DNA of 64,000 bases from Squalus acanthias. Taxonomy: Eukaryota. The DNA lies in contig CM059432.1 in NCBI GenBank assembly GCA_030390025.1, forward strand, positions 49,540,001 to 49,604,000. Direction: 5' to 3'. The notes beneath the pieces are model-generated. The model saw only the letters and a list, made by a program, of their open reading frames with translations. It did not search any database and had not been told where the DNA came from. A program made the position numbers and the translations under genes. This document shows positions 9,989-22,317 of this stretch, piece after piece. Within the stretch, counting starts at the first letter, position 1, and every line of letters starts with the position of its first letter.

Positions 9989-12740
9989 TTACAAAAATCT
10001 GTCTATCTCCACCTTAAATGTATTTAATGACCCATCCTCCAAGGCTCTCTGGGGCAGAGAATTCCACAGATTTACGACCCTCTGAGAGAAGAAATTCCTC
10101 CTCAGCTCAGTTCTAAAAGGGTGACCCTTTATTCTGAAACTATGCCCCCGAGTTCTAAATTTCCCCACGAGGGGAAACATCCTCTCTGCATCTACCTTGG
10201 CGAGCCCCCTCAGTATCTTATATGTTTCAATAAGATCACCTCTCATTCTTCTAAATTCTAATGAGTATAGGCCCAACCTGCTCAACCTTTCTTCATAAGT
10301 CAATCCCTCATCTCTGGAATTAACCTAGTGAATTGTCTCTGAACTGCCTCCAATGCAAGTATATCCTTCCTTAAATGAGGAGACCAAAACTGTACGCAGT
10401 ACTCAAGGTGTGGTCTCACCAATACCCTTTACAATTGTAGCAGGACTTCCCTGCTTTTATACTCCAACCCCCTTGAAATAAAGGCCAACATTCCATTTGC
10501 CTTTTTGATTACTTGCTGTACCTGCATGCTAACTTTTTGTGTTTCATGCACAAGGACCCCCAGGTCCCTCTGAACTGTAGCATTTTGTAATCTCTCTCCA
10601 TTTAAATAATAATTTGCTTTTTTATTTTTCCTGCCAAAGTGGATAACCTCGCACTTTCCCACATTATACTCCATCTGCCAAATGTTTGCCCACTCACTTA
10701 GCCTGTCTATATCCCTTTGCAGATTCTTTGAGTCCTCTGCACAACTTGCTTTCCCACCCATCTTTGTATCATCCGCAAACTTGACTACATTACACTCGGT
10801 CCCTTCATCCAAGTCATTAATGTAGATTGTAAATAGTTGAGGCCCCAGCATCGATCCCTGTGGCACCCCACTAGTTACCGTTTGCCAACCGGAAAATGAC
10901 CCATTTATCCTGACTCTCTGCTTTCTGTTAGTTAGCCAATTCTCTATCCATGCTAATATATTACCCCCAACTCCATGAGCTCTTATCTTATGCAGTAACC
11001 TTTTATGTGGCACCTTATCGAATGCCTTCTGAAAATCCAAATACACTACATCCACTGGCTCACCTTTATCTACCCTGCTCGTTACATCCTCAAAGAACTC
11101 CAGCAAATTTGTTAAACATGATTTCCCTTTCATAAAACCATGCTGACTCTGCTTGACTGCATTATAATTTTCCAAATGCCCTGCTATTGCTTCCTTAATG
11201 AAGGACTTCAGCATTTTCCCAACGACAGATGTTAGGCTAACTGGTCTATAGTTTCCTGCTTTCTGTCTCCCTCCTTTCTTAAATAGTTACATTTGTGGTT
11301 TTCCAATCCGCTGGGACCTCTCCAGAGTCCAGGGAATTTTGGTATATTGCAACCAATGCATCCACTATCTCTGCAGTCACTTCCTTTAAGACCCTGGGAT
11401 GCAGGCCAACTGGTCCACGGGACTTGTCGTCTTTTAGTCCCATTATTTTACCAAGTACTTTTTCCTTAGTGATAGTGATTGTCTTTAGTACCCCACTCCC
11501 TGTGGCCCCTTGATTATTCATTATTTGGATGTTGTTAGTGTCTTCTACCATGAAGACAGATACAAAATATTTGTTCAGAGTCTCCTGCCATTTCCCCATT
11601 CCCCATTATTAATTCCCCAGTCTCATCCTCTAAGGGACCAACGTTTACTTTAGCTACCCTCTTCCTTTTTATATACCTGTGGAAGCTCTTACTATCTGTT
11701 TTAATATTTCTTGCCAGTTTACTCTCATAATTCATCTTCTCCCTTTATTTTTTTAGTCATCCTTTGCTGGTTTTTAAAAATTTCCTAATCCTCTGGCCTC
11801 CCACCAATCTTGGCAACATTGTATGCCTTCATTTTCAATTTGATACCAACCCTTACTTCCTTAGTTAGCCACGGATAGTGCTCCCTTCTCTTAAAATCTT
11901 TCTTTCTCACTGGAATATATTTCTGTTGAGAGTTATGAAATGTCTCCTTAAATGTCCGCCACTGCATTTCAACTGTTTTACCTTTTAATTTATTTTTCCA
12001 GTCCACTTTAGCCAGTTCTGCCTCATGCCATTGTAATTGCCTTTGTTTAAGATCAGGACACTGGTTTGAGATACAACTTTCTCACCCTCCAACTGAATTT
12101 GAAATTCAACCATGTTATGATCACTCTTTCCGAGAGGATCCTTTACTATGAGATCATTTATTAATTCTGTCTCATTACACAGTACCAGATCCAAGATAGC
12201 CTGCTCCCTGGTTGGTTCCATTACATACTGTTCTAGGAAACCATCCTTGATACAATCTATGAACTCCTCCTCAAGGCTACCATGGCCAATTTGATTTGTC
12301 CAATCAATATGGAGATTAAAATCACCCATGATTATTACCGTACCTTTTTTTACAGACCTTCATTATTTGTTGATTTATACTCTGTCCAACAGGTATTGCT
12401 ACTGTTTGGGGGACTGTAGACTATGTCCACCAGAGACTTTTTTCCCTTATTATTTTTTATCTCCACCCAAACCGGTTCCACATCTTGATCTTCTGAGCCA
12501 AAATCACTTCTCACCACTGCACTGATCCCATCCTTTACCAACAAAGCCACCCCACCTCCCTTTCCTTTCTGTCTATCCTTCCGAATTGTCAAATACCCTG
12601 GAATATTCAGTTCCCAGCCCTGATCACCTTGCAACCACGACTCTGTTATGGCGATCAGATCATACCCATTTGTATCTATTTGTGCCATCAACTCATCTAT
12701 CTTGTTACGAATGCTGCGTGCATTCAGATATAGAGCTTTT
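9989..12740 (-). pseudogene. CR1 ORF2 (EN+RT) with multiple stops and frameshifts
   Basis: Consecutive ORF fragments contain YLNARSIRNK, ITESWL, GDFN, SDHN, LDFQKAFDKVPH and FADDTK. Confidence 0.92.
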
Positions 12741-12927
12741 AACTTTGTCTTTTTACCATTTCTTCTTGCTTTGGCCCTATTTTCTGTTGCACTCTTATTT
12801 TTAAACATTCTGTCTCTTCCTGTCACACTCTGGTGGTTATTTCCCCCATCTCTATCCTGCTCTATTGTTTTCTCATTTCTCATTGACTTTTTAAATTCCC
12901 GCTCACCTGAACCCTCCCCCCCGCTAC

Positions 12928-13528
12928 TTAGTTTAAAGCCCTCTCTACAGCCCTAGTTATTCGATTCGCCAGGACTCTAGCCCTAGCATGGTTCAAGTGA
13001 AGCCCGTCCAAATGGAACAGCTCCCTCTTATCCCAGTACTGGTGCCAGTGGCCCACAAATCGAAACCCATTTCTCCCACACCAGTCTTTGAGCCACTCGT
13101 TCATTTCTCTGATCTTATTTACCCTATGCAAATTCGCTCATGGCTCAGGTAGTAATCCAGAGATTATTACCTTTGTGGTTCTGCTTTTTAATTTAGCCCC
13201 TAGCTGCTCATACTCCCTGAGCAGAACCTCTTTCTTTGTCCTACCTATGTCATTGGTACCTACGTGGACCATGACAACTGGATCTTTCCCCTCCCGCTCC
13301 AAGTTCCTCTCCAGCCCAGAGGAGATGTCCTTAATCCTGGCACCAGGGCAGGCAACACAGCCTTCGGGACTCACGCTCTCGGCTACAGAGAACAGTATCT
13401 ATCCCCCGATCTATACTGTCCCCTATCACTACAACATTTCTTTTTACTACCCCCACTTGAATGGCTCCCTTTACCACGGTGCTGTGGTCAGATTGCTCAT
13501 CCTCCCTGCAGTCCCTGCCCTCGTCCAC
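12928..13528 (-). pseudogene. CR1 ORF1 SGNH/GDSL esterase domain (frameshifted)
   Basis: VIGDS, PGARIKD, VHVGTND and DGLHLN blocks across three ORF fragments. Confidence 0.88.
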
Positions 13529-13620
13529 ACAGGGAGCAAGAATCTCTTACCTGTTGGACAAGGGCTGAGGCTCCTCCATCACTACCTCCTGGATCCCAAT
13601 ACCTGCCTCGCTTGTAGTCA

Positions 13621-13765
13621 CACCTCTTTGACCAAGCATTTGGTCATCTATCCTAATATCTCCATATGAGGTTCCGCTCAAATTTTGTTTGATAACGTTC
13701 CTGTGAAGCGCCTTGAGTCATTTGACTATGTTAAAGGTGCTATATAAATGCAAGTTGTTCTTGTT
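13621..13765 (+). mobile_element. L2-type LINE 3' end, right half
   Basis: cacctctttgaccaagc...ggtgctatataaatgcaagttgtt matches ~40505-40647. Confidence 0.85.
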
Positions 13766-14257
13766 GAATTTCCTGTAACTCCACAACAACCTTCCCCTCA
13801 CTTGCTGAATCAAGAGTAACTGGATATAAAGTTGCTTAGAATTTAAAATAGCCCAACAGAATTAAATAAATGACCATGGAGACAAAGTAACTACATACAC
13901 AACGGATTTAATCATCAATGAAGGTGTAAGCCCAAGATAAAATCGTGGAGAACTTCTTGAAAACATTAGGCTGGATTAAAAAAAGTGCAAGTACTGAATA
14001 TGACCTTTTCAAAAAGTGGCTGTTTAAATAACTGCTTTTCATCTGGAAAAGAAATTACTCAGGATTCATCTAACAAAAACTATTTCTATTATACTGCCTG
14101 AATGAAAATCTATATGAAATCATATTCCAAACAATACCCACAAAGTGTCAAGTGTAAGTAGAATTTTCAAAATGGTAAATCATTTTTCCTTTATTGTAAT
14201 TTATGATTTTTCAGTTCTGCTAAAAACAACCGAGGTAATGGTGATTATTGACTTCTC

Positions 14258-15020
14258 AGAGGATATTTAACCCCCACAAATAGGTGCGTTGGGGTCGAGT
14301 GGGAGGTTAAAGAGTTAAAAATCTGAATCCCGACCACAATCCGCCTCCAACCCGCCCACTTCCAGTTTTAACGGAGGTGGGTGGGGGAGGCAGGGGGGGG
14401 AATGGGCAGCCAACCCACTGTCAGGAGGCGGGTTGGCACTTTAAATATTCTAATGAGGCTGCTTGCCTCATGGTGATCCATCATTTTAATTTAACTGTGG
14501 GCGGATGGGTTTCCCAGGCATTGGGGAACCTGCCAGCTAAAGGAAGCAGAGGACTGCTGGATCCAAGAGGTAAATGCCTTTCCACCTACTTTCTGGATCC
14601 AGCGTTCCTGCCTCGCCAACCCCATGTGATTGGAACCCCCCCCAACCTTCTGTTCTCCTTATGACCTCCCCCCTGCACCCCGAGGCCTCCGACCTCCCCC
14701 CACGAGGCCTCCGATCCTTGATTCCCCCCCTTCGGCCTCCAGTCTGCAGCTGCCTCCAACCTCCAGCCCCCGACCCCTCCCAAGATCCTCCAGCCCTCGA
14801 CCGTTCTGAAGATCCTCCAGCATCCGACCCCGCCGATGATCTGCAGCCCCCGATCCCTCCGAAGATTCCTGGCCTTCCGACTCCTCCGCTCCAGCTGGCT
14901 GGCTGCGGGTGGGAAACAGAGATTCAAAATGTTAATCAGGCCCTCCCATTTTCCCAGTTTTCCCGACCGCATTTCAGTGCCTCGTGATCCCTACCTGCCT
15001 CCAAATTAAAATGCAGTCCC
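14258..15020. mobile_element. Harbinger-type non-autonomous element with an internal C-rich minisatellite
   Basis: Left part matches ~42228-42460; GGAGGCGGG motifs; degenerate tandem units such as ccgacccctcccaagatcctccagcc at ~14680-14890. Confidence 0.65.
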
Positions 15021-15344
15021 TGGATTCTGAGTATCAACAACAACAACTTGTATTTATATAGCGCCTTTAACATAGTATCCAAATTGGACTGCAAACTTTC
15101 AGGTGGTTCTCACATTTAATGCACAAAGGCCTAGATTTTCCTTTGTTAAGATCATTCTGTCAGAAAAGTACACATGAATAAAATAGGGTGTAATGTTGTT
15201 CGAAAGTGCTAATGGACTCTTCAGCTGCATTCAGTGCTATTCTGAGTATTCCTAACACTCAAACTATGAATTAATAAACGTTGAGGAAAAGTGCAAGAAA
15301 AAGCAGATTTGTTTTGTCTTGTTCGGGCCTTTAAAGCCATTAAT

Positions 15345-15735
15345 AAGGAACTTGTGCAGTTGTTTCGTATGACGGGGGAAGCTTGTAATGGGATGTTTAG
15401 TTTGGCTATCCATTCGATGGCCTCCTGAATTGCTGAGTGAAGAAATGAAGTCGTCCCGCAACAGATCTTAGTGGGCAGGTTAATGTGATGTGTTCCATGG
15501 TCTGGGACTCAGGGCCACAGTCGCACTTCGGGTCGTCCCTCATCTTCCACTTGTGGAGCAGGCGGCCGTATCGTCCATGTCCTGTGTGGATTCGGTTGAG
15601 TGCTGTCCACTGTCTTCAAGGGAGGTCGAAGCCAGGGACCTCTGCTGTTGGGTCAGTGATGAGGTGTTGGTTCTTTATGTTGCATGTGTCCCACGATTCC
15701 GTCCATCTGGATAGTGGGTTGATACCAGCTGCAGG
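15345..15735 (-). mobile_element. RTE-X-like LINE, ORF2 C-terminus (segment 3 of 3)
   Basis: Manual translation DPTAEVPGFDLP*RQWTALNRIHTGHGRYGRLLHKWKMRDDPKCDCGPESQTMEHITLTCP, with a CCHC-type knuckle. Confidence 0.8.
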
Positions 15736-16284
15736 GATAACAACAGAAAATGCTGGAAACACTCAGCAAATCAGGCAGCATCCATGGAGAGAGAAACAGA
15801 GTTAACGTTTCGGGTCTGTGACCCTTCGTCAGAACTGGAAAAGGTTAGAGATGTAACAGGTTTTAAGCAGGTACAAGGGCAGGGAAAGGGGAAGGGGAGG
15901 AAAGATCAAAAGGGACGGTCTGTGATAGGGTGGAAGGCAGGAGTGGTTAAATGTTGCAAATGGGGATGGCAGAATCATCAACACCTGACGCCTGAAAAAA
16001 TAGGGCCAGAGATTATAGTCTGAAATTGTTGAACTCAATGTTGAGTCCAGAAGGCTGTAAAGTGCCTAATTGAAAGATGAGGTGCTGTTCCTCGAGCTTA
16101 CATTGAGCTTCATTGGAACAGTGTAAGAGGCCGAGGACAGAGAGGTCAGAGTGGGAGTGGAGCGGAGAATTAAAGTGACCCTTATGGACTGAACGGAGGT
16201 GTTCCGCAAGCCGGTCACCCAATCTGCGTTTGGTCTCCCCAATGTAGAGCAGTGAATACAGTATACTATATTGCAAGAAGTACA
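15736..16284 (-). mobile_element. Penelope-like element 3' fragment (GIY-YIG plus pLTR), family A
   Basis: LYIGETKRRLGDRLAEH...GTLQPSGLNIEF; 9-bp TSD agctgcagg (15727-15735 and 16285-16293). Confidence 0.9.
15800..15836 (-). ncRNA. Minimal type I hammerhead ribozyme motif
   Basis: AGUU-CUGACGA-A-GGGUC(ACA)GACCC-GAAA-CGUU-AACU: conserved core, perfect stem II, stem I AGUU/AACU, palindromic AACGUU in place of stem III. Confidence 0.85.
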
Positions 16285-16392
16285 AGCTGCAGGAATATTG
16301 GATACTGTTTCCCAGAATGGTTGGTGCAATTTTAAGCATTTTCGTGGTGGGTTTTTCAAGTCTTCGTGAATGGGAAGGTCGATGTTGCTCAT
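16285..16392 (-). mobile_element. RTE-X-like LINE (segment 2 of 3)
   Basis: SNIDLPIHEDLKNPPRKCLKLHQPFWETVSNIPAA bridges segments 1 and 3. Confidence 0.7.
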
Positions 16393-16401
16393 AGAGTCAT
16401 A

Positions 16402-17294
16402 GGGGTAAAAATTCAGTTGGTTGCGCCTCCCGTTAGCGCCTTAAGAGGGCGCTAATGGGGCGCAAAGCCGCTAACGCCCGGGTGCAGCGATGTTTGCGCC
16501 GCTCGGGAACTTAACTAGACATTGTGCGGCAGCGCTAAACTTTACTGCTGCGACCACCTGCGCGCGCAGATTGTGACGTCATTCCATGGTGCAACGCCCT
16601 TGCGGCGCCCCGGAGCGGAAATTGAGTGGCGCCCCCTGCCTTACCGCCTGACGCTAGCAACGACCAGAAGACTGGAACGCTATCAATCGCTGTGGGGCTG
16701 GGGGGGGGCGCTATTTAAAGGGGGCCTCTTCCTGTCTTTTATTGTTGGTGGCATTTTTGAACTACGCATTCTGAGAGAGAGAGGGAGAGACTTCTGGAGA
16801 GATTCAACGTTGTGTGAAGGAGTTTTGGGTACTGAGCAGCACTTTGCAGGTTCATTTTGATTTGCCATTCCTTGTATCGATTTAGCAGAGACTGTGGGAG
16901 CTGCACTCTGAGCTCTTTGCCTGGTACTCTCCATTGTTCTTTCCAGCACATTTGATGTGCAAGTCTCTCCAGGCCGAGATTCAAGCCTGCAATGAACAGG
17001 ATGTGGATGGAAAGCAAGATTAACCATCCCCTTTAAGAACTGGCCCGTGCCATTGTGTGTGTGTTCCATTGCTGACTGACATTACATGAGCTTCGCCAGC
17101 GCTCTGAGTTAGCGCCTCACTCCTTGGCCTTTGCGCCTTAAGACAGGTGTGCAGCGCCTGATTTAGTGCTCCACTCACCTCCCGGGGCGGTAAAAGTGAA
17201 GTTTCCAGTCAGTGCCGATAATTAGCGCCAGGCGCTAATATTTGCGTCCAGACGATATTTGCGCCCCAAATGGGGCGCGACCTAATTTTTACCC
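16402..17294. mobile_element. Non-autonomous Harbinger-type element (MITE), copy 2
   Basis: TIRs gggtaaaaatt / aatttttaccc; flanked by ata(g) on both sides; colinear with 4806-5678. Confidence 0.88.
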
Positions 17295-17366
17295 ATAGAG
17301 TTATACAGCACAGAAAGAGGCCCTTCGGCCTATCGTGTTTGCGCCGGCCATCAAGCCCTATCTATT

Positions 17367-20233
17367 CTAATCCCATTTTCCAGCACTTGGTCCGTAGCCT
17401 TGTATGCTATGGCGTTTCAAATGCTCATCTAAATGCTTCTTGAATGTTGTGAGGGTTCCTGCCTCTACCACCCTTTCAGGCAGTGAGTTCCAGATTCCAA
17501 CCACCCTCTGGGTGAAAAAGTTTTTCCTCAAATCCCCTCTAAACCACCTGCCCCTTACCTTGAAACTATGCCCCCTGGTTATTGACCCCTGTACTAAGGG
17601 AAAAAGTTCCTTTCTGTCTACCCTATCAATGACGCTCATAATTTTGTGCAACTCAATCAGGTCCCCCCTCAGCCTTCTCTGTTTTAAGGAAAACAACCCC
17701 AGCCTGTCCAGTCTCTCTTCATAGCTGAAGCGCTCCAGCCCAGGTAACATCCTGGTGAATCTCCTCTGTCCCCTCTCCAATGCAATCACATCCTTCCTAT
17801 AGTGTGGCGACCAGAACTGCACACAGTATTCCAGCTGTGGCCTAACTAATGTTTTGTACAGCTCCTTCGTAACCTCCCTGCTCTTATATTCTATGCCTCG
17901 GCTAATGAAGGCAAGTATCCCATATGCCTTCTTAACTAACTTATCTACCTGTCCTGCTGCCTTCAGGGATCTATGTACATGCACACCAAGGTCCCTCTGA
18001 TCCTCTGTCCTTCCTAGGGTCCTACCATTCATTGTGTATTCCCTTGCCTTCTTAGTCCTCCCAAAATGCATCACCTCACACTTTTCAGGGTTAAATTCCA
18101 TTTGTCACTGTTCTGCCCATCTGACCAACCCGTCTATATCGTCCTGTAGCCTGAGGCTTCCCTCCTCGCTATTTACCACTCCACCAATTTTCGTGTCATC
18201 TGCGAACTTACTGATCATACCTCCTACATTCATATCTAAATCATTAATGTACACTACAAACAGCAAGGGACCCAGCACCGATCCCTGCGGTACACCACTG
18301 GACACAGGCTTCCAGTCACAAAAACAACCTTCGACTATCACCCTCTGCCTCCTGCCACTAAGCCAATTTTGGATCCAATGTGCCAAATTGCCCTGGATCC
18401 CATGGGCTCTTACCTTCTTGACCAGTCTCCCATGCGGGACTTTGTCAAAAGCCTTACTGAAGTCCATGTAGACTACATCAACTGCACTACCCTCATCCAC
18501 ACACCTAGTCACCCCCTCAAAAAATTCAATCAAATTGGTTCGACATGATCTCCCCCTGACAAAGCTGTGCTGACTATCATTGATTAATCCTTGCCTCTCC
18601 AAGTGGAGACTAATTCTGTCCCTCAGAATTTTTTCCAATAATTTCCCTACTACTGATGTTAGGCTCACTGGCCTGTAATTCCCTGGTTTATCCCTACTAA
18701 ATTGAGAGGTCGCACAACACCAGGTTATAGTCCAACAGTTTTATTTGAAATCCCTACTACCCTTCTTGAATAATGGTACTATGTTAGCTGTCCTCCAGTC
18801 CTCTGGCACCTCCCCTGTGGCCAGAGAGGTTCTGAAAATTTGTGTCAGAGCCCCTGCAATCTCCTCCCTTGCCTCATACAGCAGCCTGGGATACCTCTCA
18901 TCTGGGCCTAGTAATTTATCCACTTTTAAGCCCGCTAAAACCGCTAGTACCTCCTCCCTCTCAATACTAATTTGTTCAAGTATATCACAATCCCCCTGCC
19001 TGATTTCTATGCCTACATCGTCCTTCTCCATAGTGAACACAGTTGCAAAATATTCATTTAAAACCCCACCTACATCTTCTGGCTCTACACACAGATTGCC
19101 ACTTTGGTCCCTAATGGGCCCTACTCTTTCCCTGGTTATCCTCTTGCCCTTAATATACTTATAAAACACCTTGGGATTTTCCTTTATTTTGCCTGCCAGT
19201 GTTTTTTCATGCCCCCTCTTTGCTCTCCTAATTTCTTTTTTAAGTACCTCCCTGCACTTTCTATACTCCTCTAGGGCTTCCACTGTTTTTAGTCCTTTGT
19301 ATCTGCCAAAAGCCTCCCTTTTTTTCCTAATCCATTCTTGTATATCCCTTGATATCCAGGGTTCCCTGGGCTTGTTGGTTCCACCCTTGACCTTTACGGG
19401 AACATGTTGGCACTGTACTCTCTCTATTTCCTTTCTGAATGACTGCTCTGATGTGGATTTTCCTACAAGTAGCTGATCCCAGTCCACTTTGGCCAGATCC
19501 TGCCTTATCATATTAAAATCGGCCTTTTGCCAATTTAGAACCTTTATTACCGGTCCATCTTTGTCATTTTCCACTACTACCTTAAATCTTACCGAATTAT
19601 GGTCACTGTCACCAAAATGCTCTCTTACTGACATTTCTACCACTTGCCCGGCTACCTTCCCTAGAATTAGGTCCAGTACCGACCCCTCTCTTGTAGGACT
19701 TTCTACATGCTGGCTCAAAAGCTCTCCTGGATGCACTTTAAGAATTCTGCACCCTCTAAGCCTTTCACACTCTGACTATCCCAGTTAATATTGGGGAAGT
19801 TGAAATCCCCTACTATTATTACCCTATTATTTCTACACTTCTCCGAGATTTGCCTACATATCTGTTCCTCTATCTCCCCCTGACTGTTTGGAGGCCTTTA
19901 GTACACTCCCAGCAAAGTGCTTGCCCCCTTTTTTTTTTTAAGTTCTACCCATATGGCCTCATTAGAGGAACTTGCTAAGATATCATCCCTCCTTACTGCA
20001 GTAATTGACTCCTTGATTAATATTGCGACACCCCCTCCTCTTTTACACCCCCCTCTGTCTCGCCTGAAGATTCTATACCCTGGAATATTGAGCTGCCAGT
20101 CCTGCCCCTCCCTCAACCATGTCTCTGTGATAGCAACAATATCATACTCCCATGTGTTCATCAACACCTTCAATTCATCTGCCTTACTCCTAAGACTCCT
20201 TGCATTGAAATAAATGCCATCCAGCCTTGCCAT
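17367..20233 (-). pseudogene. CR1 ORF2 (EN+RT), disrupted
   Basis: YFNARSL, ITETWL, SDHN, MDFSKAFDKVPH, GVPQGSVLGP and FADDTK spread over four ORF fragments. Confidence 0.92.
18700..18749 (-). mobile_element. 50-bp Penelope family B pLTR fragment
   Basis: Matches ~49898-49946; 10-bp TSD atccctacta (18690-18699 and 18750-18759). Confidence 0.85.
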
Positions 20234-20670
20234 GCTCCCTTGTGCCGTTACATATTTGCTCTGCCTTCCAGACTGACTTGTTTTTTCCTCTATACTTTGC
20301 TGTGCATCACCCCATACTATAGCTCCACTCCGTATCCCATCCCCCTGCCAAGTTAGTTTAAACCCCCCCCAACATTACTAGCAAACCTCCCTGCAAGGAT
20401 GTTGGTCCCGTTCTGGTTCAGGTGATACCCTTCTGACTTGTACAGGTCCCACCTTCCCCAGAAACAGACCCAGTGATCCAGGAAACTAAAGCTCTCCCTC
20501 CTGCACCAACTCTTTAGCCACACATTCATCTGCTCTATCCTCCTATTCCTATACTCACTAGCACGTGGCACTGGGAGTAATCCAGAGATTACAACCTTTG
20601 AGGTCCTGCTTTTTAATCTGCTACCTAGCTCACTAAATTCTTGTTGCAGGACCTCATCCCTCTTTCTACC

Positions 20671-20935
20671 CATGTCGTATGATTTTTTTCATCTCACGAA
20701 GCACGGTTACGTCGCGGTGAATGGCAGGCGGGGCAATGGGGACAGCACTGGGAGTCATCCAGTTAGAGTGGACTTGAGAGTCCCTGACACCGTCCTCATG
20801 ACAGCCTTTAGCTGCACGTCCACGATCATTGTGTGGCGACTCCAGGACCATGAGGCAGAGCAGTATGCTGCAGCAGAGTAGATTAGGGCCACCGTTGCGG
20901 TGCGAAGTGTTCTGGGGAGCCGATGACAACCTACA
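20671..20935 (-). mobile_element. RTE-X-like LINE (segment 1 of 3)
   Basis: TLRTATVALIYSAAAYCSASW...HTMIVDVQL...MRTVSGTLKST, then PIAPPAIHRDVTVLREMKKI. Confidence 0.8.
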
Positions 20936-21249
20936 CGTGGTCTCCCTGTGTGCGCTACTTCCCTGAAAGCTTGCCAGCTAATGTCATCCAGAAAACTACT
21001 GAACGGCAGAAAGTGGCTTCCCAGTCTAAAAAGCATGAAAGCATCGAACTTGTTCAGTTTTCCACAGCTGCACAGTCAAATTGAAAATATTTCAGAGCAG
21101 GTCAGACCTGGCAGCAGTGTGCCTAATAAATGAGAAGATTTTGAAGTATTGACAGAGCAGTGCCATAAGTGAGTGCTACAAGAGAGCTTTTTTTGTCAGG
21201 CAGCATAGGTGTCGTGCCTATTGGTGGGTGTATCACAATGGACAATGTA

Positions 21250-22130
21250 GCTCAGGAGCACAGAAGGCGTAGGAGATGCATGACTTGCAGTGCCTCAACC
21301 CAAGATAGCGGGTTTACCACATCCATCAGCTGACTGGGCTTGGCTGAATTGTAGTGAATAAGGAGGGTTATGCTTACCAGGAGTTATGACTGAGGTATAT
21401 CACTTACTGCACAAAAGCTGCAGGAGAAGACAGCCATCTAGAGTGCATTACCAGTGGCAATGAAGGTCACCAAGACTCTCAAGTTTAATATTGCCAAAGC
21501 CTTCCAGGCACGCACAAGAGCTATCTGAAGAGTCAGCCACTTTGTTTGCCTTTTTGGGCTATTGATGCTATTTTCTGCTGAAAAAGAATTACAGATTGCA
21601 ACACATTAAAATGATTTAATTTTATTGACATATGAAGTGTTAGTAATGTACATATTTTGATGGTGCATTTTATATCATGAATTTTTCCAAGCTGATTATG
21701 AAGATGGCTGACCATTAAGTGCTTCTCTAGTTGAAGGTGTAACACTGTGGATGGCTGCATCGCTACCTGTTGAGATACTGAGTCCACCTGAACCTCCATC
21801 GAGCTCTGATGGATCTGCAACAGTGCCAAGTGTCTCCTTTGTTGTATTAGCTGTGGATTCAGTGATTTCTGAGGCATTTGTACAGGGGTGCATGATGGCA
21901 CAAAGCTGTCACTGACATGGGTGCCAACCAGCTGGTCCTGTGCCAATCCATGCTTGCCACTAGTTACTGCTGGAGGGCACCCTTCCCAGGTCACACCAAT
22001 TTCTCTGAGATTCGCAATCCCAACCACAACCTCATGGTTCTTATAATGTGAGAGATGCTGGTGAATATTTGGATGTTGGACTGCATCACCATATCCAGAC
22101 TTCCTTTCACTATCACGTGCAAGGAGGCAA
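21250..22130 (+). pseudogene. Highly decayed Harbinger transposase remnant
   Basis: ~21445-21545 translates as ALPVAMKVTKTLKF...AFQA, similar to LPVAVKVTTALNIFASGSFQ near 46120. The rest of the span is poorly resolved. Confidence 0.45.
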
Positions 22131-22317
22131 GTGATCTGTTGTGGGGAAGATATTGGAATCTATAATTAAGGACAGAGTGACTGAGAACTTAGAGAAATTT
22201 CAGCTGATTAGAGAGAGCCACTATGGATTTGTAAAGGGTAGGTCATGTTTAACAAACCTAATAAATTTTTTTGAGGAAGTAGCTGAAGTAGTGGATAGGG
22301 GAATGTCTATGGGTCTA

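Larger units (their letters stand above)
9837..13620 (-). mobile_element. CR1 LINE, 5'-truncated within ORF1
   Basis: Tail (ATGTTCTT)n at ~9837-9862; broken ORF2; ORF1 esterase remnant. Confidence 0.95.
16390..20673 (-). mobile_element. CR1 LINE, 5'-truncated in ORF1, with a MITE inside its tail
   Basis: ORF2 fragments 17367-20233; ORF1 esterase C-terminus 20353-20673; tail units (CATAGAGT on the plus strand) on both sides of the MITE. Confidence 0.93.

Noticed and set aside
14574..14987. Pro-rich 137-aa ORF and its antisense ORF
   Set aside because: Produced by a C-rich minisatellite within a MITE.
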